NCBI GenBank assembly: GCA_032718475.1
Contig: JAUCBJ010002864.1
Coordinates: forward strand, 5,760 to 69,759
DNA: 64,000 bases
Direction: 5' to 3'
Origin: Nemertoderma westbladi
Taxonomy: Eukaryota > Animalia > Xenacoelomorpha
Under the pieces are notes generated by a model that was given only the letters and a program-made list of their open reading frames with translations, was not told the origin of the DNA and did no database searches. The translations under genes and the position numbers were made by a program. Below, piece after piece: positions 13,490 through 26,330 of this stretch; the first letter of the stretch is position 1, and every line of letters begins with the position of its first letter.

Positions 13490-15325
13490 CTTTTTCTCTT
13501 CGCTGCCTATGCTCGAAGTTCGTGGGATTCCTTACTAAGGCTGAATGGTCATGCTGGGAAATACAACTAGGGATAGAGACCAAGAATGGAGCGGAAGCAG
13601 CTGCACACGCTGCGAGGGTGCTCTCTGCATCAGATAACCAACCAGGTATGGTTCTCAAAAAGATTGACTTCTCAAATGCTTTCAACTCAGTTCGGTGAGA
13701 CACCCTCCTGGAAACAGTGCACCAGAACTCAACGCATACGCTGCTGGCGTATGGTGCTGATCTTTGTCTAAAGGGAGGAGATCCTCCTCTCGGATGAGGG
13801 AGTCCAGCAAGGCGACACTGATGGACCTCTACTGTTTGGTGACACTGTGAATCCCACCATTCAGTCCCTTCAGTCAGGGTTCAACGTGTGGTACCTGGAT
13901 GATGGGAATCTCATCAATGACTTCTGTGTTGTGCTAGGGGATCTGTGTAAAGTCATCTAGGAGGGTAGGAAGTGTGGACTCGCCATAAACACGGTAAAGA
14001 GTGAACTGTTCTTCCTCAGAGCCGAGTCTGATGAGTCCCGCACTTCCATCATCAGAGAGTTTGACAGTGTTTGCCCTGGCATCTTGACACCTCCTCTGAG
14101 GAAACTCACAATGCTCGGAGCACCAATTAGGGACTGTGCCACCATATCCTGTCTCTGTTTCAAAGTTGCCGACCTCACAACACTTGCTGCTCGCCTTCCC
14201 CTCCTCGATGCCCACCATACGTACTTCCTTCTTCAGAACTTGTTGGTGTACTTCCTCCGGACAGTGCCGTGTATCCAGCATGGTGATCTCCTGGGGGAGT
14301 ATGATTCGACCCTTCGGAGTGTACTCCAGAACCTCGCTAACATCCGCATTAACAACACTGCTTGTGCTCAGTCCTGTCTCCCGGCCCAGATGGGATGCCT
14401 CAGGTTGAGTTCCACAGTGCTGCTTGCACCATCCACCTTCCTGGCTTCAGATGCAGCCTGCGTTACTCTTACAAGGCGCCTCTTCCCAGCCACCGGTCCC
14501 TCCTATATTTCCTCTAAAGCCCTAACATCCAATCATTCCGCGCTCCCTCCCTGCCAACATCCCTGTTCCTTCCCTGGTCACCCAGAAAGCGTGGATGGAG
14601 CCGGTCAATACCACATCAACTCAACTTCAGACATCGCCTGCCTCAACTCCATCAAGGACCCAGTATCCGGTTGCTGGCTAGATGCCACCCCAGTCAGTTC
14701 CCTGAGCCTTAAGTTAACAGATGTCCAGTTCCAAATATCCATCACCACCTGCCTTGGCTGTAAGGTTACTGAGCCCCACAGCTGCGCACGCTGTTCTTAG
14801 GATGTCTCAGCAGACGGCTTCATGGTCTGTCTTGCATGAGGCGCGCCAGCCACCATCCACATCACTCAATGGTCAATAATATGCCAGCTGTGGGGTCCCT
14901 GCCGTACTCGAACCACCAGGGATGTGACAGGGAGACGGGAAGCGCTTTGATGGAGTAACTCTCCTCCTGTGGAGCAGCGGACGCACACACTGGTCTGGGA
15001 TGCAACCATCGTGGACCCAGTCATGCCCAGCCACCTCGCCCGGACTGCAATGGCTGGAGGCCGTATCATTGAGGAGGCAGAATCCCTAAAGACTTGGAAG
15101 TACCAGGAACTGATTGACTAAGGGTACCTTCTACCCTGTTGCATTCGAGACCCTTGGTCGCCCTGGCCCTGAGATGGCGGCATTCATTAAGGAGATTGGA
15201 ACTCGTCTACATACTCATGAGCCACGATCCTATCAGTTCCTCCTACAGCACCTCTTAATAGCCATTCTCATCGGCAACACAGCCTCTATCCTTGAAACCA
15301 TAGAACCTGATTTGTTTATGTAGAC
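13490..15325 (+). pseudogene. CRE-clade (RLE-type) non-LTR retrotransposon, RT plus restriction-like endonuclease, degraded
   Basis: QLG...GAEAAAHAAR, KIDFSNAFNSVR, EGVQQGD, NVWYLDDG, LGAPI, LVWDAT, FYPVAFETLG, FLLQHLLIAILIGN; several frameshifts and stops. Confidence 0.85.
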
Positions 15326-15689
15326 AAACTTTCTATATGCACTTCCCATTTGCTTTATTCACTTCCCAATCAAGTTGAAATGTCAAATTGAAAAATATAA
15401 AGCTGAGCTTGTCGAAGGTCTTACCTGGAATGCACAGATACTCATAGATATTGCTCGAATTTTGTGAACAGAACGAAACGTTATTTTTTGTTATTTCGAC
15501 ACCCACTAATCACCAAACATTGTCATTAATGCATTTCTAAATTGCACCTTGCACTGTGAATTATCAAATCGAAAACAAAACATTTCATAAATCATCAACA
15601 TATTATTTCTGAATTTAGATAATATTTAGAATAATAATTTATTATTCATGTTATGACAGATGGTACCATAATCTCTAAATATCTAAGCA

Positions 15690-16170
15690 ACTACAGTAAG
15701 TTGATGTACCAACAACTGATTTCCACATAGTAGTCTCTCAATGGGATCCCTGATGGGATTCAATAGAATTCTATTGTAGAGATTTGCAGCAATCGATATC
15801 AACAAGATTCCATGAAAAGATCCATAGAGGATTAGGTTTCCCTTCTTGCGAACTGGCATCAACTTATTTGTTTTCATTTCTTGTGGGACTCTGTTTTTCC
15901 GGTACATGTCTATTATGATGGGGTGAATTATCTCAAGTACAGACTCAGGCACTTTTTGATCAACACAGTTTATGAGGCAATACCCTGTCATTATTGAGGA
16001 GCTTTTCAAAGTGGGCCTTCCAACCATTGAGGCGATCGGCTGGAGATTCAAACTTAACTTTGGTGGTTGGTTGGCTTTTTTTCCCTGTCAGCAAGTTGAT
16101 TCATGGGCTGATTGCTTGCTGATGTTGGCATCATTGATGGCATCAACCTGATGATTGATAAGCTGATGTA
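15690..16170 (-). pseudogene. RTE-X LINE RT N-terminal fragment (family 2)
   Basis: PVRKKGNL..YGSFHGILLISIAANLYNRILLNPIRDPIE; homologous to 20330-20830. Confidence 0.8.
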
Positions 16171-16278
16171 GAATATCAGAATCATAGTATTGCTAGTGTA
16201 ATGAAAAATATATTGGATGCAGATCAGTATAAAGAATTGTTAAAAATAATATTATAAAAAAACCTAATACCTAATTCA

Positions 16279-16859
16279 TGTTACCATGAGACTATATACT
16301 GGGCTAGACAATGCACGACAGGTGCACAAACTTGGGTGGGTGGGGGGGATTTACTATTAACAAGTGTAAATAACTTTATGATGTCTGATGTGTCTTCGCG
16401 GGGCGTGTTCCGCATCCAAGCAGCCAGTTCACCACGCAATGTTGATATTGGACACCTCCATACGGCTGGCGAACGCGGACACGGACTGCGGGGTTGCTGG
16501 GTAGTTCAGTTACCACTGACAGACTGCTGCGACGGTCAGGATTAATAAATAATACTAAAAATAGTACCAAATGTTACCATGAGACTATATACTGGGCTAG
16601 ACAATGCACGACAGGTGCACAAACTTGGGTGGGTGGGGGGGATTTACTATTAACAAGTGTAAATAACTTTATGATGTCTGATGTGTCTTCGCGGGGCGTG
16701 TTCCGCATCCAAGCAGCCAGTTCACCACGCAATGTTGATATTGGACACCTCCATACGGCTGGCGAACGCGGACACGGACTGCGGGGTTGCTGGGTAGTTC
16801 AGTTACCACTGACAGACTGCTGCGACGGTCAGGATTAATAAATAATACTAAAAATAGTA
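16279..16859 (+). repeat. Two identical ~290-bp direct repeats (period 293), LTR-like
   Basis: Copies start TGTTACCATG at 16279 and 16572; the first ends ...AATAAATAATACTAAAAATAGTACCA (TG...CA ends, AATAAA near the 3' end). Confidence 0.7.
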
Positions 16860-19694
16860 AAGTTCGTTGACTTTGTGTTACTGTATTTTTGTATGTTTGA
16901 ATTTCCCCCGTAAATACTAAATGTATTGTAGCATATTTATATTATTATTGGCAAAATAAACGAAAGAGGGTTCAAAAAAAAATAACTTCAATCATATTGG
17001 GTAACAGGAAAGATTCCCAATGAGATACTTGCTTACATTCATTGCCACTGCTGTTATTATGGAAGACAGGAATCTGAAGAACACTGAAGTGTCCTATTGG
17101 GAGTTGGGCAAGTACAAAAACAGTGATAAGAAATACCAGCCATTCATTCACTATAATAAAACGTAGTAAACTATCTCTGGTCCTTCCTATATAATCGCCG
17201 TACTTCAGCTAATAAATCATGTATTACTAAATCGTGATACAGCCTCAGATGTACAGATTAATTTGCTTATGGTGTTATATATGTATATACCATTCTTGGA
17301 CAGACAATAATTATAGTTTAGTTATCATCACAATTATACAGTACTATACCTACTACTAACTAAAACAGTAAAGAGCAATAAAGAATAGACTATACAAGCT
17401 TTATATTTTACAATAAAAACATGAGGCAGTAGTGGTTTAAATATTATTGGTTACAATGATATAAGTTCAGTAAAAATTTATTCATTGTTTGTGGACATTT
17501 TCTTTTCAGTTAAAATTTAGTCCATTTTGAGAAATAAATATGTTTTCATTATCACAAAGGAAAATAATACAAATTTCTGTATACCTCAATCGATGCTACA
17601 GTACAACATAGTAGTTGGATTTGCAATTTTCAACACACTTGTAAATAAATAACTTGTGCTAGGACTCCTTCCCGCATATCTGTGTCAGGGTTCCTGAGTC
17701 GGAGACTGAGTCTCGGATCTGTGTATCTGTTTGTTGGGGCATCTGACCATGAGTGTGTCATGCGTTCCTTTCTGTTTATATCTGGTTTACTATGTTCAAT
17801 AGTGTGATTTATTGATTGCATTTCCTCATGAATATCTGAGCGATCTATAAAATTATTTCTAATTTAGAGTCAGGAAAGGCATTTTTGTAAAATAATAATT
17901 ATCTCTTTAAAATTACAAGTGTAGTTGGTGGTTGACAAATCTTACCACAACTAACTATTATCTTTGTCTGGCAATATAGGCTTTCAAAATATAAACGGTA
18001 TCAAATATTTCTGATATACAGGTTTTTACATGGGTTGGGTTTCGAATCCCACATCAAAGTAAAAACTTCTTAAAGGATAACAAAGTACTCAAATTACTTT
18101 GCAGAATCGCTAATATGGGGCAGCACAAATAATGTTGAAACTCATTGAGCAACGGGATAGGATGGTTGTATTGGTGGGATCAGGGAAGTCATGTGTTCTA
18201 GGGTTTCCTAGATATATAAGGCTTTTGGATTATCTGTTCCAAGCCAAGGAGCCTAATAATGTATGGGTTACAATCTGAAGCCACCGTACTTTTAGAAACG
18301 CACCACTTTATTTTAGGAGATTATATTTGGGATACAGTCAACTTGATAAAGTGTCCTTTGCAATGAGTACGGGGTGGATGATTCACAGATACCGCATCAT
18401 TCTTTTACAAAAGCGTCATTGGATTGTATTGGGTTTTCGTTTTGCAGTCTTGATTTTCAGTGCCACATTGTTTCCATGTTCGAATTCACTATCTCAGTCT
18501 ACAAAAATTAATAGAACAAAATATAATAAAATCTGAGAAAAACACGTAGTATGAATGAAGGAGGAACTTCAGCTCACCTGCAAATTGATTACTGTTCCAA
18601 TCTGTTTTATTCTAAAGTAGTTATCATTACACTTAACAATGTTAGTTATTAATGTTATTAATAGTTAGATTATATCAATTTCAGTTTTACTAAAGAGGAC
18701 AACGGCAACATCTCAGAGTACAGCTGTACAGTACATTCAATGGAAAAGTAAGATAAGAAAAGAGTTTGCACCTTAATGTGAGTTCATCTGAAATGTTTAA
18801 CAGCTTTATGTTGTCATGATTATTTTAGAAACATTTATTATTTATTTTACAAATATTAATAATTATATGAATCTTTCATCTCAAGCTGCTGTCTGTCTAC
18901 ATAAAATATATATGCTTGTCCAGTATTCTGGAAATACGTATTTCTATAGTCGGGGTAAATAATAATAATAGTAATAATAGATGGCATATTTACAATATCT
19001 AATATGTATGTATAAGTGTAATAAGTAAGTCTGTAATAAAAAATTAAATATTATTTGCCTTTGTGTGTCAATTCAAGTTATATGGTACCCGCATGCATCA
19101 GACACTTCCATTATAATATAGTAGTGTTTATTAAGAATAGTTTATATACCTTTGGTACTTCTGGTATTTCTGAGTTATCTTCTTTAGCATTATCGTCATC
19201 TTCGTGACATGTCCTCCAGTTCATCTAATTTATTACTATACTAATTCACTATTCAGTGTCTCTATTCACTATGTAAAACTCTTGATGATACTCTAGTTTA
19301 TGAATATTGTAAGTTGTATAGATTGTAAGTAGCAGGGAAACTGAATCGAAATCTCTCACACTATTCACCATAAAAAAAACAGAAATTCTGTACATGATGG
19401 AAATTACCACCATCTCACTATCAATCTCCCAGTATATGTCGAGTATTGCAGCAGCCAAACTCTGCCATCATTTAATATGACTATTTGTTTAGAACAATAA
19501 GCTTAAGTAAGGTATGCTGGTATGAAATAGTTATAGATATTCCCAACCATATCATCGCATAACAATACTCAACTTACCATTATTACAATAATACCAAGTT
19601 TATTTGGCTGTTCTACTAAAGATAAAGCAGTAATAACCCCCACACACCTTCCATGTAAATCAGTTTATCTAGTGGTTCTTCTGATGTAATTAAC

Positions 19695-19740
19695 CATGAC
19701 CTACTAAAGTTTAAGGCCTACTATGGTTTAGTAGGTCATG
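19695..19740. mobile_element. 46-bp P-superfamily micro-MITE
   Basis: 14-bp TIRs CATGACCTACTAAA / TTTAGTAGGTCATG; 7-bp TSD AATTAAC at 19688-19694 and 19741-19747; same TIR at 24676. Confidence 0.8.
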
Positions 19741-19911
19741 AATTAACTCATTATGAATAGCTGAATAATGCTCTGGAAACTATGTAAACCTTTCTATCAT
19801 TTATGTCATGCTTTATTATTCTGGTCAACGAAACACGGTTCCTTACAACATCGAATCCGAAAACAACTGGTATCTTTGTTGTAAGGTGATGTATGACCCA
19901 CAGTTTCACTA

Positions 19912-21110
19912 GTTACTAGGATCGGCATGCTGCATTGCAGCTGCATTTTTAAGAATGCTGTGCCGGCTTGTCGACAAAAATTGTGCCGCCACAACTCCCT
20001 ACCACCCATGACATTTGCTAGATCATCCACATCATCTTCAGCTTGTTGCCCAATTGTCTTCTTCTTTGGATGATAAACATTAAAAAAAAATGTTCAAGTC
20101 CAGTGTCCTTTAAGATGCGTCTCAAGAAAGTCATGGGCTGTCCACCATGCTTATTCACTCCATGAGGCTGCCAAAGCACAAGATTATACACAGGCTGGTC
20201 CTCACGGCGAAAGCAATGTCCTGCAAAGAGGAGGCGACTTTGTTCTAGTGTCAAGCAAGTAGAAGCAATTATCCTTTTAAGTGCCAAAATGGGCTCCATG
20301 GTCTCACGACCTTTACGGAACCCATTCTGATTTCCACGGAGCAGTCTCTTAATGGGATCCCTGATGCGATTTAATATAATTCTATTGTATAGTTTTGCAG
20401 CAATCGAGATTAATGAGATTCCCCGAAAAGAACCATAGAGTGTTAGGTTGCCCTTCTTGGGAACTGGCACCAACTTATTTGTTTTCATTTCTTGTGGGAC
20501 TTGTTGTTCTGTACATGTCTACTATGATGGGATAGAAGAGCTTTAAACACTCAGGTATTTTAAAGATCTCAGGGGGAACACAATCTACTCCACTGGCATA
20601 ATTGGTCGCAATGCTCTTTGCACCAGCCTTCACTTCTGCAAAGGAGATATCGTCAATGGGAATATCTGGGTGTACAGACTCAGACACTTTTACTTCTATA
20701 AAGTTATCAGGCAATACCCTGTCATTATTGAGGAACTTTTCCACCCAGTAAACAAGTTGATCGATTTCCATGCCTGGGATGATTGCCTGTTGTTGTCAGC
20801 ATCATTGATGGCATCAACCTGTTGGTTTATTAGCACATGCAGATTAACAGAGTACTGCCTGTTCAGGGACCTAGATGCAGCCTTAACTGCATTCTTGGTC
20901 GCTGTAGTCTGTTTAAGTCAGGACTCTTTCTGCGACTTTTCTGTGTGGTCAGTCCAGGGGGCCCTTTTCCTGTTTTGGGGGTATACAGGAACTGTTTCTG
21001 CAGCTGCTAACTTAACTGCTTCCTCGCAGTGATCTGCCGCCTCAGAGGCAAGAACCTCATACCTGTTGCTCAGCTGTAGTGTGAAGCTGGATCTCACACT
21101 TGGCTTCCCA
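19912..21110 (-). mobile_element. RTE-X LINE (family 2), internally deleted
   Basis: ASGVDCVPPE, LVPVPKKGNL...RGISLISIAAKLYNRIILNRI, QNGFRKGR, then a jump to LLFAGHCFRREDQPV..LVLWQPHG; 3' end ...GCATGCCGATCCTAGTA matches 26090-26105. Confidence 0.85.
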
Positions 21111-21291
21111 CTGCGCTAAGAGAAAGCTTATCTGCTGAAAGCTTATCACACCGTTTCAGATCAAGTATGTACCATATGGTGTAGTTTTTAGGCTACAACG
21201 AATCCGTAGCAGTAAGATAAAGTGCTTCTCAAGAAGCACTTTATCACTTTTGGCCCAGCTGTTAAAGCTTTGCTTTAAGCTTTGCATGACA

Positions 21292-21480
21292 TTGCTTTCG
21301 CCGTGAGGACCAGCCAGTGCATAATCTTGTACTTTGGCAGCCTCATGGAGTGAATAAGCATGGTGGACAGCCCATGACTTTCTTAAGACGCATCTTAGAT
21401 GCGGATGATCTAGCAAATGTCATGGGTGATAGGGAGTTGTGGCGGCTCAATTTTGTCGACATGACCACACAGCATTCTTA
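21292..21480 (+). mobile_element. RTE-X family 2 3' fragment, interrupted by a Helitron (tail resumes at ~23405-23465)
   Basis: Near-identical to 25860-26067 up to CAGCATTCTTA; AATGCAGCATGCCG...GTAGTAGTA reappears right after 23404. Confidence 0.75.
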
Positions 21481-21485
21481 ATATA

Positions 21486-23404
21486 TCTAATATATATAAA
21501 TATCGATTGTCTGTCTGTCTGTCTGTGTGTCTGTTTGTCATCGGCTATACAATCGAACCCATCTCGATGAAATCTCGCTTGCTATATCTCGTTAGAAAGG
21601 TCTCGCCCTAACTCGTTGCAACGTAATACTCAGAGCCGTCTGAAGTTCGCCCGTCTGCCGCTAGAGGGCGATTTTCGTGATTTTCGGGCGAAATTTATCG
21701 AATTATTTCGGTTCTTCTATCGGTAATTAATGATTTAGAGGGCTAACATTTATCCCACCTGGTATAAAATTAACATGGGTAGATTCGCCGTGTCCCATTC
21801 TCACAAAGTTTTTATTTTATTTGAGTGTTTAATATAAATATGTATGATTACTTATTGATTAAAAATCAAATAGTGTATAAATATGTCATATTCGCCAAGC
21901 ACGATCGAATTGGCCTATTGTTATTGAATAGGGAAGGATTGTTTTCTGTATCATAGCAACATTAAGGTAATTATTGAACTCGCAGCTAGCTGGCTGGGCA
22001 CAGATAAGGAGCAAGCAGGCTGGAGTGTTGATTGGGGTGGGTTTGGGTTGTCTGTTGCGAATTGCTCAAGAGTAATTCTGCTTTCTCAATCATTGGCTGC
22101 ATGGAAGGAGAGGTTTATAACATTTTTGTTTTACTGTTATGAATATTAAAAGTAAAATAATTATTTCTGTAGGCCTATACTTACTGTATTATTATTTTAT
22201 CTAATATTATACATCTAATCTCGATGAAATCTCGCTTACTATAGCTCGTTAGATAGGTCTCGCCCTAACTTGTTGCAACGTAATACTCAGAGCCGTCTGA
22301 AGTTCCCCCGTCTGCCGCTAGAGGGCGAATTATCCGATAGTGAAAACCTGATCTTATTGGGTTGTTTTTAATGCTTTTGAGCTGAAACTTGGTAGCTATA
22401 TACTGCAGCATAGGCTGTATATTTCCGGAGTCACTGGGTTGTCTACAGTTCCCCAGTCTACCGTTAGAGGGCTAAATGTCTGAGAGTTAACATCTTCTCC
22501 AACTTTATTATTTACAATCCGTTTTGACTGAAACTTGGTAGGCATCTACTACGGCATAGGCTGAATCTTTACTGAGTCGCAGAGTCGTCTACAATTTCCC
22601 AGTCTACCGCTAGAGGGCGAAATGTCTGCAAGTTAACATCTTCTCCAAATTTGTTATTTATAATCCATTTAGACTGAACTTGGTAGGCATCTACTACAGC
22701 ATAGGCTATATCTTTACTGAGTCGCGCAGAGTTGTCTACAGTACCCGCTTCTGCCGCTAGAGGGCGAAATGTATGAAAGTTAACATCTTCTCCAACTTGT
22801 TATTTACAATCCTTTTAGACTGAAACTTGGTAGGCATCTACTATAGCATAGGCTATATCTTTGCGGAGTAGTAGAGTCGTCTACAGTTCCACAGTCAGCC
22901 GCAAGAGGGCGAATTGTCTGATAGTGAAAACCTCATCCCATTTGGTTCTTTTTAATCCCTTTGAGCTGAAACTTGGCAGGAATCTACTACAGCATATTCT
23001 GTATCTTTACGGAGTCCCAGAGTCGTCTACAGTTCTTCAGTCTACCGCTAGAAGTCTGAATGTGAACATCTACACCAATTTTGTTATTTACAATCTGTTT
23101 AAGCTGAAACTTGAAAGGCAGGCATTTTACTTCACCATAAACCCCATCTTTACCAAACTGCAGCGCCGTCTACATTTCACCAGTCCGCAGGTAGAGGGTG
23201 GATCTGAAAGTGATCATTTTCTGGAAATTTTGTTATTTACAATCTGCCTAAAGTTGAAACTTGACAGTTATCTCTTATGGGGGTGGTGTTTTATTTAATG
23301 ATGGTGTCTGTTCCGTATGCAGTTCTCCAATCTCCCACACATATTCATATATCATCTGCACGTGCACTAGAAAGCTGTGGCCCGAAGGGCCACAGGCTTT
23401 CTAG
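21486..23404 (+). mobile_element. Canonical non-autonomous Helitron
   Basis: 5' TCTAATATATATAAA preceded by A, (TGTC)n microsatellite, 3' hairpin TGTGGCCC-GAA-GGGCCACA then CTAG followed by T; no TSD. Confidence 0.9.
22300..23280 (+). repeat. ~146-bp tandem repeats (6-7 copies) inside the Helitron
   Basis: CCGCTAGAGGGCG-like anchors at 22315, 22461, 22607, 22754, 22899, 23045; shared TGAAACTTGGTAGGCATCTACT. Confidence 0.85.
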
Positions 23405-23685
23405 TAAGTAATATATATAAACTGCAATATTAACTGAAATGCAGCATGCCGGTAAAGTAGTAGTATATAACACATTGTGTAACCAATTGTGTTACCATGC
23501 AGACAGCCCGCATTCACTATAACTGCAGCATTAATTAATCACAATAATTTTATTTGTCACTAAAAAACAATAAATTGCCTTTTCGACTCAATTTAAAAAT
23601 TTATGTATTCCTCCACTAAAATATATTACTTATAAATGTTTTAATTATCAAATATTTAACTGTAACCTGCCTGCCCTTGCCGCTA

Positions 23686-24065
23686 TTTAGTGATAATTAA
23701 CATCTTTGCGTGATAATTAGTATATTTTAGTGGTAATTAATATATCTTTGTGATAATTAATATATTTTAGTGATAATTAATATATTTTAGTGATAATTAA
23801 TATATTTTAGTGATAATTAATATATTTTAGTGATAATTAATATATTTTAGTGATAATTAATCTATTTTAGTGATCTGATAATTAATATATTTTAGTGATC
23901 TGATAATTAATATATTTTAGTGGTAATTAATATATTTTAGTGGTAATTGATATATTTTAGTGGTAATTGATATACTTAGTGATAATTATTATATTTTAGT
24001 GATAATTATATGTTTTACTGATAATTTATAGATTTAGTGGTAATTAATAGATTTAGTGGTGATAA
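23686..24065. repeat. 20-bp AT-rich minisatellite (TGATAATTAATATATTTTAG)n
   Basis: About 18 tandem copies, degenerate at the edges. Confidence 0.92.
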
Positions 24066-24675
24066 ATATATATAGTGGAAACTGAATATTTTTGAATTTT
24101 CTTTTAAAATTGAGTGAAATTATGTATATTTTGTGGGGGTCGATAAATGAATGCCTAATTAATTTCACAAAATTAACATGTAATTTTACTCACCTTATAT
24201 GTCTGAAATGAAGAGTGAATGAAATGTCTGAATGAAGAGAAGTATTTCTCACTATGAATATAACATAGACAAAGTGAAGTGATTTGTTTATGATTATTAT
24301 TTGTTCAACTTACGTAAGATTTATGGAACATTTCTAACTGGGCACCTGCGAATGGCATTCTCTGATTGGTCCGTTACAGCGTGTGCTGATTGGTGGATGC
24401 TTACTGCCTCATGTTCCAGATTATTTGTATCTCATACAAAATCATAGCATTGATAAGAAGAATACTTTTCAAGAGTAATTAAATATGCGATATTGGGAAT
24501 TTGAATTGTAATCCCGAGAGATAGAACATCACCGCATTGGGGTACTTAATTAGTAAAATATTAATAGAATTAAATCACAGTGCTTAAATGTAACTTTACA
24601 AGTCAGTTTGCAATGCTGAAAAATAACTAAATAACTAAACTAATGATAAATAAAGTATATAAAATAAAATGTCAC

Positions 24676-26330
24676 CATGACCTACTAAACCACGACCTGC
24701 CAAGCTGCAGCAGCACCACTAAATTAGTGGGCCGATTGATTTTTAGATGGATAAATGTGAATAAGTATATATAACTACTACTATACTATAGAATTGGCAC
24801 CTCCAATGTAAACTGACAAGTTTCAAGAATTATATTGTTGCTAATTAGGAAAAGTATAATGTATTGAATTTATAAAATAATCGGTGCTTTCCTGTAACCA
24901 CCCCCCCCCCCCCCCCCCCCCCATCTGATGTTAAATTCCTTTCCTGATGTTAAAACTATGCTGTTATTGACAGCATTGTGCGTTAAGTAGCACTTTTTCA
25001 CAGCATTTATGGCACTGGGTGATTTTTTCATGAACGAGCAAAGCGAGCAAGTGCAAGCAATAAAGAAAACCAGGATTGTATGATGAATATGAATCACTTC
25101 TTACAAAACTCATAACAATATAAACATAAACACAAAAGATTTTTCGAATATAAACTTTTGACAATTATAATTATTATTGACATTGTATTACTATAACTAT
25201 AAGTCCTTATTTCGTTGTCTCAATTTAAATTTTATAATTTGGTTTTCCCGCACACTTTGTGATTCATTTATGAATTTGTTTTTCCCGAACACATTTACTG
25301 CCGTCAAGAAGACAACAGATTTATTGGACAATTCGTGCGCTTTACAACCAAATCGCAGGTCATAACTCCCTCAGAAGTTCTCTAAGAGTACAAGAGCTGC
25401 GTTACGATAGTGTTTCATACTTTCGAGATACTTTTCCACAGCTGATAGAACTTTGAAGCACTCTGTAACAAGACAGTTCAGTTTAATCGGGAGTATAGTG
25501 AGTTTACCTCGGTTTAGAAGTTTGTAATAGCTACAATCCATTATCAGATCTGTTTGTAACAGCGTTTTACAATCCAGGCATGAGGTCTTAGCGAGCTTGT
25601 GAGCTGTATAGCCACTAATACAAACTATAATTTTTTTAGTTGTGGAATCAAACTCGGAAATATCAAGGTTTGCATCTTCGATAACCTTAATTAACTCATC
25701 ACACGATTCCGCGTCATTGCGAGAATACTTATAATAACTTGCGAGTAATCAATGTTAGCTTTCAGAAGTGATCTAATCTGGAGTATCTTTTCTGATTGCA
25801 GTGCTTCTTTGTGATCTACCACCATTCAAAAAAAAAAAATCGCCTCTGCTTTGCAGGACATTGCTTTCGCCGTGAGGACCAGCCAGTGCATAATCTTGTA
25901 CTTTGGCAGCCTCATGGAGTGAATAAGCATGGTGGACAGCCCATGACTTTCTTGAGACGCATCTTAAAGGACACTGGCCTTAAAGATGCGGATGATCTAG
26001 CAAATGTCATGGGTGATAGGGAGTTGTGGCGGCGCAATTTTGTTGACAAGCCGGCACAGCATTCTTAAAAATGCAGCTGCAATGCAGCATGCCGATCCTA
26101 GTAGTAGTACCACCATTCATCTGCCTATAGCAGCCATAACCTCGCTCTACCTTGTCACTCTGCAGTTTTCGAGTTAGAACATAGTCATAGGAGTCAGAAC
26201 TCGGTAGGCTGGTGAATATATCAGCAATAGCATTATTTGTACAAACAAATGCAGATCGTGTTTGTGCAGTTAACATACGTTTACTAGAAATGGAATAATT
26301 TAACCACACTGATAAATTCCAAATTCCGAA
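24676..26330 (-). mobile_element. P-superfamily (THAP9-like) DNA transposon remnant: one TIR plus transposase C-terminal pseudogene (stop at 25197-25199)
   Basis: YVLTRKLQSDKVERGYGCYRQMNGG, EALQSEKILQIRSLLK, ISGYTAHKL...CLDCK...LNRGKL; TIR CATGACCTACTAAACCA at 24676. Other end not in the window. Confidence 0.8.
25829..26107 (+). mobile_element. 5'-truncated RTE-X family 2 insertion inside the P transposase
   Basis: RLCFAGHCFRREDQPVHNLVLWQPHG; (TAG)n tail; 12-bp TSD TACCACCATTCA at 25817-25828 and 26108-26119. Confidence 0.9.

Noticed and set aside
16380-16540. Hammerhead ribozyme/retrozyme in the 293-bp doublet
   Set aside because: Only CTGATGT is present; no complete CTGANGA...GAAA core found on either strand by eye.
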